In this document: positions 37,384 through 45,700 of the stretch, piece by piece
How positions within the stretch are numbered: position 1 is the stretch's first letter
How the letters are laid out: each line of letters starts with the position of its first letter
Virus record (IMG/VR): IMGVR_UViG_3300025133_006513
Coordinates: 53,289-117,288 of that record
From: a virus
Taxonomy: Duplodnaviria; Heunggongvirae; Uroviricota; Caudoviricetes
Reading direction: 5' to 3' (one strand)
DNA length: 64,000 nt
Translations under genes and position numbers: made by a program
The notes under the pieces: generated by a model
The model's input: the letters and a program-made list of their open reading frames with translations, nothing else
Database searches by the model: none
What the model was told of the DNA's origin: nothing

Positions 37384-37860
37384 TCTTCGGAAACAGGTTA
37401 TGATCGATCAGATTATCTTATACCTCAAAGGTACTAGTGATGCTAAACAGAGATGGTATCGATATGACTGACCTGAAGTCCTGTATAAAAAGAAAACGTA
37501 ACAACGAGAATGATGCATGTCCGCTAGGACATGCGGAGTAATCGCGATTAAGTATTCCGAATGGAATGAGGGATACTTAATATACGGTTTGAGATTTTCG
37601 ACCCCAACCGGGGGCCCTCCCAAAGGTACTACCATCGATAACTCCTTACAGTATAACGGGTTATCATCGATAAACTACCTATCTTGACCGAAACCTACGG
37701 TATTTAGTCGATCTAAACATCCTGGGTTATCTAGTTAATAAGCGTCCGATAAGTGCCCATGATTTTGTTCAGCTGAACAAAGATTACCCCCGCCACCGGG
37801 GGTAAAAACGGGGTCAGATAATCTGAAAGCGTATGGGCAAGTTAAATCCACCCCCTACTT
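37384..37860. repeat. ~480-bp non-coding region with iteron-like repeats (GGGTTATCATCGATAA, GGTTATGATCGAT, CCATCGATAAC, GGGTTATCTAG) and several hairpins; candidate replication origin or regulatory hub
   Basis: No ORF of 60 codons or more. AT-richer than its flanks. Repeated TTATC/GATAA/ATCGAT cores and GATC sites. Hairpins GCATGTCC-GCTA-GGACATGC and ACCCCCG-CCAC-CGGGGGT. Confidence 0.4.
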
Positions 37861-37878
37861 GGCTTGAGGAGAATGAAA

Positions 37879-38100
37879 GTGAATGACAAGTCGCCGCTGC
37901 CCGCAGGGTCCCCTATCCCTGGGTCTCGCATGTTTCGTGAGTATTGCTCGTGGTGTCACGAGCCTATGCGTACACGGGCTCCCCTCTCAGATGAGAAGCG
38001 AGAGTCTGCTGTCTGTACTGACTGCGAGGACGGCTGTCCGCCGTTGCACAAGGGGCTCACGCCGCGCCAGCGGGCCAAACTGGGTAAGACCACGCAATAA
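37879..38100 (+). CDS. small zinc-ribbon protein
   Basis: GAGGAG RBS lies 7 nt before GTG. CSWC...CTDC motifs. The other frame (37883) is R-rich and was rejected. Confidence 0.45.
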   Translation: MNDKSPLPAGSPIPGSRMFREYCSWCHEPMRTRAPLSDEKRESAVCTDCEDGCPPLHKGLTPRQRAKLGKTTQ

Positions 38101-38203
38101 GGCGGGTGTCTGAACGTAGATCGCGAACGCGGCATTATAAGGTATTAAGCGGTGCTATCTATTGTGGATGCACCTTACATTTCTTTTTTGAAGGAGTCGT
38201 GCC

Positions 38204-38896
38204 ATGAAACGACGAACTAATCTTTGTGCAGTCTTACGCGAGTATTGGACTGCGAACCCTGGCGGAAGCCATACTGACGCCAAGGCGTATGTGCGGCAGT
38301 ATAAGAAGTTCAACCGTACGAAGGACGTACGCATCAAGCGATCGAGCTATGGTGTGAAAGACACCATGAAGCGTAACGGAAAGCTCACGGTCGCGAAGCG
38401 TAACCTGACCCGTGTTGCAAACGGTAAGCCGACTGGCGGGCCGCTGCAGGACGAGATGCAGCTGATGCGTAAGTGGTGGGCAAACAACATGGACGGCGGT
38501 CACGATGACTGCGTACTCGCTGCAAAGGCTGCCGGGCATGGTGGTGACATCAGTAAGTCTTACAATGCGAAGAGCTGGGCGAAGCAGCAACCTGCTGCGA
38601 CGATCGCCATGCTTCTCGATAAGACTAACGGCAAGCCTGTCTCGAAGGCCAAGCTCACGCTGTCTGTAGAAGGACCTGTTGATGCAGCTACGCTTGATGC
38701 GATGGAGGCGCAGCTCGGCGACAAGGAAACGCTGACCTACGACGGACATCTGGAAGCAGCGCAGCAGCTGCTGACGGCTGCTCGTGCCGCTAAGAAACGA
38801 CCCGACCCACTTCAGTCGATGATTCTGGCACAGCAGGCCCAGAACCACATGGTTCAAGCCGAGAAGCGTTTAACCGACGCGCTTGCCAACGCGTAA
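38204..38896 (+). CDS. hypothetical protein
   Basis: GAAGGAG RBS. 230 aa. Confidence 0.55.
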   Translation: MKRRTNLCAVLREYWTANPGGSHTDAKAYVRQYKKFNRTKDVRIKRSSYGVKDTMKRNGKLTVAKRNLTRVANGKPTGGPLQDEMQLMRKWWANNMDGGHDDCVLAAKAAGHGGDISKSYNAKSWAKQQPAATIAMLLDKTNGKPVSKAKLTLSVEGPVDAATLDAMEAQLGDKETLTYDGHLEAAQQLLTAARAAKKRPDPLQSMILAQQAQNHMVQAEKRLTDALANA

Positions 38897-38915
38897 GTGA
38901 GATGGTAGGAAGTAT

Positions 38916-38958
38916 AGCCCAGGGTGACAAAGGTTTGATCACCCTGGGCTAGTTTTAC
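38916..38958 (+). terminator. rho-independent terminator
   Basis: 12-bp perfect stem AGCCCAGGGTGA/TCACCCTGGGCT with an 11-nt loop, followed by AGTTTTA. Confidence 0.65.
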
Positions 38959-38964
38959 AAGGAA

Positions 38965-39852
38965 GTGGCAGGGATGGTTAAGTTTAAGATGACGGTGCCG
39001 CGGCGTAGTCCAACAATGCGGGCCCAGTACATGGCGATGCATGTGCCTATTCTCGGGTATTTACCGAAGTACCCTCTAGGCTTGGTTAAGAGTTTGCGGA
39101 AGATACGGCAGCTGTACCAGATTCGAAACAAGAAACTACGGGCAGCGGGCTGTGAGGGACTCAAAGGGCGGAAATACACGTATGCGTATAACTGCCCTCC
39201 CTGTTCTGTTAAATTGGAACCGTGGTCACAACCGTGTGGTTGGTCGTGGTGCCCATTTTGTTACGCGAGGCGTGTCCAAGATCTCTATCTGCAGGTGCGA
39301 GCGCTAACACAGCAGGGCAGTTACACCATAGCAACGGTGCGACATAAACGCGGATACCACGCTGACAGCCGTCGATCGATTAACTTCGATGCTGAGGGTA
39401 CACTGGCCAGCAGTGTTGCTGATATTGTTGCAGAGCAGAGGCCTTTTGCGAAAGGGTTACGCAATGGGTTATTTGCCGACGCGATTGGTGGCTACCATTG
39501 GCATACCATTTCACCTGATACACGACGCAAAGAGCATAAAGATGCCCCCGGCGTTGAGAAGAAGTTCCAATATCTGTACGACACGGATGATGGGACGTCT
39601 GGTCGTTGGCTAACAATTCACGGTACGCTTGCTGTGATGCCGCTGCGATGGACAACAGACGCTGAGCATGTGTACACAATAGATAATCCGAGTGCACACG
39701 CACTCGCTACCGTAGTCGGCCAAACGTTCCGCTACCCGTTGGGGTGGTTGTACAGCGACCCTGTCGTGATGGCTGAGTACCTAAATAATGTAAAACGAAC
39801 ACGATTCTTAAACCCGTGGGGGCGCTTCAGCCGTGCCATTGACACCAACTGA
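38965..39852 (+). CDS. hypothetical protein with Cys cluster (CPPC...CGWSWCPFC)
   Basis: 295-aa ORF. Confidence 0.55.
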   Translation: MAGMVKFKMTVPRRSPTMRAQYMAMHVPILGYLPKYPLGLVKSLRKIRQLYQIRNKKLRAAGCEGLKGRKYTYAYNCPPCSVKLEPWSQPCGWSWCPFCYARRVQDLYLQVRALTQQGSYTIATVRHKRGYHADSRRSINFDAEGTLASSVADIVAEQRPFAKGLRNGLFADAIGGYHWHTISPDTRRKEHKDAPGVEKKFQYLYDTDDGTSGRWLTIHGTLAVMPLRWTTDAEHVYTIDNPSAHALATVVGQTFRYPLGWLYSDPVVMAEYLNNVKRTRFLNPWGRFSRAIDTN

Positions 39853-40525
39853 ACAACTCTTAGACCTGGCCATCAAGCACAAGCTTGACCCGGAAGGTCA
39901 AATTGAAATCATCAGATGTTTTGATGATGGAATACAAACAGCGGACCAATTCACTGATCTGGCTGCATGCCTCGACGAGGAACTAACTGCCGCTGCCGCA
40001 CCTGAGGCTGCCGCGCAAGCACAGTACGCTGCAAGCGTTGCTGGCACATTACCACAAACTACATCCGAGCCGCCGCCCGTTGAGGGCACGGCTGAAATGA
40101 ACGCGTTCTTCGATCGCTCTTTGGCCATGCACAGTCTTAAAGGGCTCGTGCAGCTTCCTTCAGATGGGGCTGTTTTCGAACGGCCTGGATACGATACCGC
40201 AAGGATCGTTGTCCCAAAGATAGAATACACAAGCATCGATGCACTACTCGACGGCGCCGCACAACGCGATGATCCGCCGGGTACGATCTTTGCTGGCTGG
40301 TATCACATCTTTGCAGATGGAAGCATTGGTGCCATAGCGATCGTGAACGCGTCCAGAAATGATGGCGGGCCTTATGTGGACGCTTTTCTTATCATTCAGG
40401 GGGGAGTGCACATTACTGTGCCTAATCCTTCCCTGCCGCCACGTAGAGCACTGGACGAAGATTTCGTATTCCCTTATCCTGATGGCACGTACAAACTTCT
40501 GAAGCTAGTGCCGAGCCTGGTTTAA
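39833..40525 (+). CDS. hypothetical protein
   Basis: 230-aa ORF. Confidence 0.5.
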   Translation: MPLTPTEQLLDLAIKHKLDPEGQIEIIRCFDDGIQTADQFTDLAACLDEELTAAAAPEAAAQAQYAASVAGTLPQTTSEPPPVEGTAEMNAFFDRSLAMHSLKGLVQLPSDGAVFERPGYDTARIVVPKIEYTSIDALLDGAAQRDDPPGTIFAGWYHIFADGSIGAIAIVNASRNDGGPYVDAFLIIQGGVHITVPNPSLPPRRALDEDFVFPYPDGTYKLLKLVPSLV

Positions 40526-40535
40526 GGAGCCACAC

Positions 40536-40742
40536 ATGTCGCATGACAAGGACGATAGAAGTACGTTGAAGAATCGACGGTGTTTAAGATGCCAAGAATC
40601 ATTCGAATCACTTCACGCGGGAAACCGTATTTGTCCTGTATGTGCGGCTAAGCCTGTTATGCAGGCAGGGCTACAACGTACCTACCTAGATTTTTTCTCA
40701 AGTCCATCGGAGTCGTTTTCAGATGACGAGTTTGACAGATAA
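40536..40742 (+). CDS. small zinc-ribbon protein
   Basis: CLRC...CPVC motifs. Confidence 0.5.
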   Translation: MSHDKDDRSTLKNRRCLRCQESFESLHAGNRICPVCAAKPVMQAGLQRTYLDFFSSPSESFSDDEFDR

Positions 40743-42180
40743 GGGCCCAACAGCAGAGCGTGTAGTTGTTGTTGGCCCTGTTATTACAGATAGATACTAC
40801 CTTGGTAAATCAGACCGTGTTGACCAGACGGCTGCTGTACCTATTGTGGACGTAGCCCCAGATGGCTCGTTCGCGTCCCTTGGCGGGGCTGCTAATGCTG
40901 CACGGTGCCTGGCGAGTTTAGCCATGCCTGTCGCCTTCATCAGTGCCGTTGGCGACGACCCTGCCGGGCGTGCGTTCATGGATACAGAGCTGCCAATGAT
41001 CACACGGTATGTCAAAGTGGCACCAGGCTATCAAACGCCTGTCAAGAACCGCGTGTACTCTACCGGCAACCTTGTTGCCCGGTTTGATATAGACGAGAGC
41101 CCGAAGGTCAATGTCGAAGACTACATCATCGATATGTTTCAACGATGTGTCGACGACAGCAAGCCACTGGCTATTCTTATCTCAGATTATGCCAAGGGTA
41201 TCTGCACTGAGCGGACCCTGACGCATATCATGGCGTATGCTAAGGCGAATGACGTCAAGGTGGTTGTAGATCCTACGCCGCTGCACATGCAGTTCTACCG
41301 CGGTGCCCACATTGTGACGCCTAACGCGGCTGAGTGCATGGTGGCCACAGGGCTCGAGACTGTCGGGCGTAGTGCTGCTGTTATCTGTACTGAGCTTGAG
41401 GTTGCCAGTGTTGTGGTTACCTGTGGTGCTGATGGCTTGTTTATCTCTACGGGTCCCGATGATCCACCCGAGACCATGCCTGCGGTTCCGGCTCTGCCAG
41501 TAGATACTTGTGGTGCAGGTGATGTTATCGCCGCAACACTAGCCTACGGCACAGCTGTAGATATCCCTCCTACTGCGATGTATCACATGGCGGTGGCTGC
41601 TGGGGCTATCTGTGTGGAGTTTGGCGGTGCAGGGCCTGTGTCGCTGCATCAGATCCATAAGCGTATTGCTACGGTGTTCGGTGCAGAGCGTAAACTCGTC
41701 AACGCTGATTTTACGACGTTGTTGCGTATGTCAGTCGCCATAGACGGCACTAAGTTTGGTGTAACCAACGGCATCTTCGATGTACTGCATCCTGGCCACG
41801 TGTCTATGTTACGGCAAGCCCGTGAGGCTTGTGACTTCCTTGTGGTGCTGCTCAACACAGACAGCTCTGCAGAAGGTATCGGCCGTAAGCCTGTCATGCC
41901 CCTTACGTCGCGTGCTTCACAACTGGCGGCACTTCCGTGTGTCGACGCTGTTATGGCGTTTGATGGCGCGACACCCGAGCCTGAGATCGCAAGGCTACTG
42001 CCTGACGTGCTGATTAAAGGCCCGGAGCTGAAGGGTAAAGAGAAAGAGATCCCTGGGTATGATGTTGTAGTGGATAACGGTGGCACGATTGTCATCGCAA
42101 CACTCGAGCACGATACACACGGGACCACCATCAAAGAGAAGGTAATTGAGTCGGAAGCTAGGCAAGAAGGCGAAGCGTAA
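40723..42180 (+). CDS. hldE: bifunctional D-beta-D-heptose 7-phosphate kinase / D-beta-D-heptose 1-phosphate adenylyltransferase (HldE/RfaE) homolog
   Basis: Domain I: VVVVGPVITDRYYLG...GGAANAA, ILISDYAKG, DTCGAGD (ribokinase family). Domain II: GVTNGIFDVLHPGHVSMLRQA (HxGH nucleotidyltransferase). It is collinear with E. coli HldE across both domains. Confidence 0.8.
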   Translation: MTSLTDKGPTAERVVVVGPVITDRYYLGKSDRVDQTAAVPIVDVAPDGSFASLGGAANAARCLASLAMPVAFISAVGDDPAGRAFMDTELPMITRYVKVAPGYQTPVKNRVYSTGNLVARFDIDESPKVNVEDYIIDMFQRCVDDSKPLAILISDYAKGICTERTLTHIMAYAKANDVKVVVDPTPLHMQFYRGAHIVTPNAAECMVATGLETVGRSAAVICTELEVASVVVTCGADGLFISTGPDDPPETMPAVPALPVDTCGAGDVIAATLAYGTAVDIPPTAMYHMAVAAGAICVEFGGAGPVSLHQIHKRIATVFGAERKLVNADFTTLLRMSVAIDGTKFGVTNGIFDVLHPGHVSMLRQAREACDFLVVLLNTDSSAEGIGRKPVMPLTSRASQLAALPCVDAVMAFDGATPEPEIARLLPDVLIKGPELKGKEKEIPGYDVVVDNGGTIVIATLEHDTHGTTIKEKVIESEARQEGEA

Positions 42181-42673
42181 GCTTCGGCTATCTACGGCCC
42201 GGCTCTCACTCACTACGTTCAGGGAGGAGTTGTCGTTTGAACAACTCCACCTCTCACTTAGTGATGGTGACTTGCACTGGAAGATTGGTTTCGGTGCACA
42301 GCATATCGCAGACTACTGGCCAGCCTCAGGCAGGGCCCAGATTGCAGGACAGACTGAATCTATCTTATGCAGTAGTCCGGCTCAGGCGCTGAAGCTGGCA
42401 GTAGGTGCTAAGCGACAGTTGTTTGAAGAGATCGCTAGTGCGTTTCAGCCGCCTTGGGGGGAGTTGCCAGCAACTCCTCGCGGACTATCTTAACATCCTT
42501 GGGGGCATCAATGCCCACACGGACTGCGTCGCCACCGGTACGTACGATCGTGATGACTACGTCATCGCCGAGGTGTATGCGTTGGCCAACTTTTCGGGAA
42601 AGAACTAGCATCGGAACACTCCTTTGTTAGGGATATACTCAACTTACTCTTTCTGCCCAAGGAGGGCAACCCT

Positions 42674-43057
42674 ATGGGAGATAAACATTTTGACCAGATG
42701 TATGCTGATGCCCTGGAGTACGACTGCCGGGCGATGGTGCTAATGCTCCACCTGGTGGACGCAAAACCGCGAGAGACAGGGCGGCGGGATGATTACTGGC
42801 ACCATTATACGGCTGACCACATCATGGAGCATGCTAGAAATCTGCTACTGCTCGAGGATGATTTCAATGACGACATGAAGGTGCTGCTGTTGGACCGTGC
42901 TGTGACTGTGCACGGCCATACGCAGGACGGGAAATTTGTTAAAATCAATGATCCTCACGTCATGGACTACGACGATCCTCGTATGGGCCCTGATGACTTC
43001 TTTGCTGCCATGATGGCATTACCCGACGAACTTTGTTCAGGAGAACAAAATGAGTAA
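42674..43057 (+). CDS. hypothetical protein
   Basis: AAGGAGGG RBS. 127 aa. Confidence 0.5.
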   Translation: MGDKHFDQMYADALEYDCRAMVLMLHLVDAKPRETGRRDDYWHHYTADHIMEHARNLLLLEDDFNDDMKVLLLDRAVTVHGHTQDGKFVKINDPHVMDYDDPRMGPDDFFAAMMALPDELCSGEQNE

Positions 43058-44192
43058 CGATCCTATCGCCCTGGTGACTGCTGATTGGCACGTACGCAAG
43101 GTCGATCGAGCGTGGTACCGCCGCGCCAACCTCTGCGGAGATAGTGCCTTCGGTATTAAGCAGGTCAACAGCCTAGCCGAGACGTACGGTGTGCCTGATG
43201 TGCTGCTGCTGGGCGACTTGTTCGATGTGAAGATGCAGATGTCATCAGCGTTGATGCATATGCGGGAGTCACTCGATCGGTTCCAGCAGAATAAGCAGCG
43301 TGTGTTGTATGTGCAGGGCCAGCACGAGAAGTCTGATCCCCCGATTATGCATGCGATGCATAGCTGGCCGTTGCATCTAGATGGGTATTCAGTGCAGTTA
43401 AAAAATGAACTGCGGCTCACAGGGTTGGACTACAAGCCGCCCAACGAGGTGGAGGCAGCCCTCAAGGCAGTCAAAGACTGTGATATCCTTGCCACCCATC
43501 AGGTGTGGAAGGACTTCATGGGTGACGATCGCGGCGATGCTTGGTTCAGCTGGGCTAACGTGCCGTACATCTTCACTGGTGACTTCCACCAGACTATCTG
43601 GGAGGAGCGCGGTACTCAGCACATCATGTCCCCAGGGACGCTGAACATGCAGTCGATCGGCGAGCCTGCTGATAAGTATGTGTTCATCCTTCGGGAGGAC
43701 ATGTCGGCCGAGAAGATACGCCTGCACTCGCGGGGTTACTTCGAAGCCCGGATAAATACCCAGGATGACCTGGATAACTTCCTGGATACCTGGTCGCAAC
43801 ACCCAGCGGGTATGCCACAAGCTGGCGTGTCCCCTGAGATTGCTACCAATATCATCCGCGTCTGGTATCGTCAGGATCTGCCTGACGCCCGTGACCGGAT
43901 ACACGCACGTATCGGTGAGACTGCCCACTTGTTTACCAAGGTGATCCCTGTAGAGGATACCCAGGTGAGTGTGGATGCAGATCGCCGCGTGCAGGCAGTC
44001 CTTCAAGGCGGACTTGAAGGCTGTATCAGAGAGTTCTACGGCGATAACCAAGACGTCTGCCATGACGCCACCCGGTTAGCCAGGAGCCTCGATGTTTCTG
44101 ATGAACTATTACACATTTTTAAGGATAGATTGTATGGGACTGACAATAACGGAGAAGGACCACTTCAAGCAGCGACTAACGGCGAGAGTTGA
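43050..44192 (+). CDS. Mre11/SbcD-like metallophosphoesterase nuclease
   Basis: Motifs TADWH, LLLGDLFD, GQHE and TGDFHQ. AGGAGA RBS. Lies in the same region as a Rad50-like gene. Confidence 0.7.
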   Translation: MSNDPIALVTADWHVRKVDRAWYRRANLCGDSAFGIKQVNSLAETYGVPDVLLLGDLFDVKMQMSSALMHMRESLDRFQQNKQRVLYVQGQHEKSDPPIMHAMHSWPLHLDGYSVQLKNELRLTGLDYKPPNEVEAALKAVKDCDILATHQVWKDFMGDDRGDAWFSWANVPYIFTGDFHQTIWEERGTQHIMSPGTLNMQSIGEPADKYVFILREDMSAEKIRLHSRGYFEARINTQDDLDNFLDTWSQHPAGMPQAGVSPEIATNIIRVWYRQDLPDARDRIHARIGETAHLFTKVIPVEDTQVSVDADRRVQAVLQGGLEGCIREFYGDNQDVCHDATRLARSLDVSDELLHIFKDRLYGTDNNGEGPLQAATNGES

Positions 44193-44790
44193 GGAGCTCA
44201 GCGATATACTTAAGTCGCAAGATCCTGCGTGGCGTCGTGACGTGCAAGCAGCTGCTATAAAGCTGGTTGAAGAGCGATTTGACGTGCAGGGCGATATGGA
44301 AGACTTGATGAATCTCCGCCAGGTGGCATCAGAGCTCCGCACAGAGATCGCTGAGAAGGAGCAACTAATCGTATCGAAGATGCGAGGTATTGCGCAGGAA
44401 GATCTGCCTGCCATGTCTGACCAGGAGGGCACCAATAGTCGGCGTCAGCGGTATGACAGTTATGCCAATGATGATAACGACAATGACTTCCAACGCTACC
44501 CTGGGCAAGCTAAGAAGTACATGCAGGCCCTTGTAAAGAGGCGGTCCTCAGAGATGGTCGCCGCGCATGCGACAGGTGGTAAACTCCAAAAGCTGAAGAA
44601 GATGTGCTTCGAGTTTGAGGATCAAATCGCTACGGCCGGAACTCACAACCAGCTAGCTGCTGTGTGGGAGAATATCAAAACTAAGCTCGATATCTTCGAC
44701 AAAGACACCCCGCGTACGCCACGAAAGGTGACCACAACACGTGCCAAAGCAGCCAAAGCAGCCAAAGCAGCCAAAGCAGAAACCTCCTAA
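44134..44790 (+). CDS. hypothetical coiled-coil protein with C-terminal (AAK)n repeat
   Basis: AGGA RBS. The C-terminus TRAKAAKAAKAAKAETS is encoded by a 9-bp tandem repeat. Confidence 0.5.
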   Translation: MGLTITEKDHFKQRLTARVEELSDILKSQDPAWRRDVQAAAIKLVEERFDVQGDMEDLMNLRQVASELRTEIAEKEQLIVSKMRGIAQEDLPAMSDQEGTNSRRQRYDSYANDDNDNDFQRYPGQAKKYMQALVKRRSSEMVAAHATGGKLQKLKKMCFEFEDQIATAGTHNQLAAVWENIKTKLDIFDKDTPRTPRKVTTTRAKAAKAAKAAKAETS

Positions 44791-45691
44791 GAAGAAAGCG
44801 CCCAAGCGTAAGCACCGTGAGCCTAAGGTCGGACCCTTAGGTAAGATTCATGGAGGGAAGGGAGACGGCAAAGCGAGAATGCTCGCCGAGCTGCATCCTG
44901 ACTTGGACAGTTTTGATAAACACGTTGAGCCCTGTGGGGGTTTGGCGTCAGTGAAGATGAATCTGGACATACCGGCAGCAGGACGTATTGATATCTACAA
45001 CGATATCAACGAGCGTCTGGTCAACATGTTCAGGCAGATTCGAAATAACCCAGAAGCGATGTGTATCGCACTGCAGACTACCCTCTACAGCGAGGCTGAC
45101 TTCGCGTTGGCTAATAACCCGCAGCACTACGAGGAATCCAACCCTATCGAGCAGGCGAGGCTCACGTACATTCAGTACGCCATGAGCTTCAGCGGCCGTA
45201 TGGATCAGTTCTCTCGTACCACAAAGCGTATCCGCCGCGGCATGGCCAGTGAGGTCTCCGCGCACCTAACCAAGATCGACGAGACACTGCCCATGATCGT
45301 TGAGATCGTGCGACGGTGGTCGATCGAGAACTGGGATATCGCCACGTGCATTAAGAAGCACGATGGCCCCAAGACCATGTTCTACATCGATCCGCCGTAC
45401 ATGTTGGGTACCCGTTCAAAGGGCGCCCGTGCCGTGTATGACTACGAGATGACAGATGAACAGCACGAGGAGCTGTTGAAGGTATTGCAGGATGTGAAGG
45501 GTAAGGTGCTGCTGAGCGGTTACTACTCGGAGCTCTATCAATCCAAGCTGAAAGCTCCGCAGTGGCACTCCTACGGGTTTGCTGTGAATAATCAGGCCAC
45601 GGGGCCTGGACAGCCACGCCCGGTCATCACCGAGCATGTCTGGACTAACTACGTAATTAAACCTAAGCCAAAGTGGCTGGTTAAGCTCTAA
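44741..45691 (+). CDS. dam: DNA N6-adenine methyltransferase (Dam-like, D12 class) with basic KQP-repeat N-terminal extension
   Basis: GTG start. Motifs HGGKG...MLAELHP, EPCGGLASV (SAM-binding) and FYIDPPY (catalytic DPPY). Confidence 0.7.
   Translation: MPKQPKQPKQPKQKPPKKKAPKRKHREPKVGPLGKIHGGKGDGKARMLAELHPDLDSFDKHVEPCGGLASVKMNLDIPAAGRIDIYNDINERLVNMFRQIRNNPEAMCIALQTTLYSEADFALANNPQHYEESNPIEQARLTYIQYAMSFSGRMDQFSRTTKRIRRGMASEVSAHLTKIDETLPMIVEIVRRWSIENWDIATCIKKHDGPKTMFYIDPPYMLGTRSKGARAVYDYEMTDEQHEELLKVLQDVKGKVLLSGYYSELYQSKLKAPQWHSYGFAVNNQATGPGQPRPVITEHVWTNYVIKPKPKWLVKL
44744..44779 (+). repeat. tandem repeat (CCAAAGCAG)x4 translated in two overlapping frames
   Basis: Encodes AKAAKAAKAAKA in the upstream gene and PKQPKQPKQPKQ in the Dam-like gene. 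Confidence 0.7.
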
Positions 45692-45700
45692 GGAGCAGAT

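Noticed and set aside
37883-38113. Alternative frame (MTSRRCPQ...) for the small gene at 37879
   Set aside because: Arg-rich junk composition. The chosen frame encodes a CxxC...CxxC zinc ribbon with correct RBS spacing.
44744-44779. Short tandem repeats as a possible CRISPR array
   Set aside because: Only four contiguous 9-bp units with no spacers, inside coding sequence. It is a coding low-complexity repeat and not a CRISPR array.
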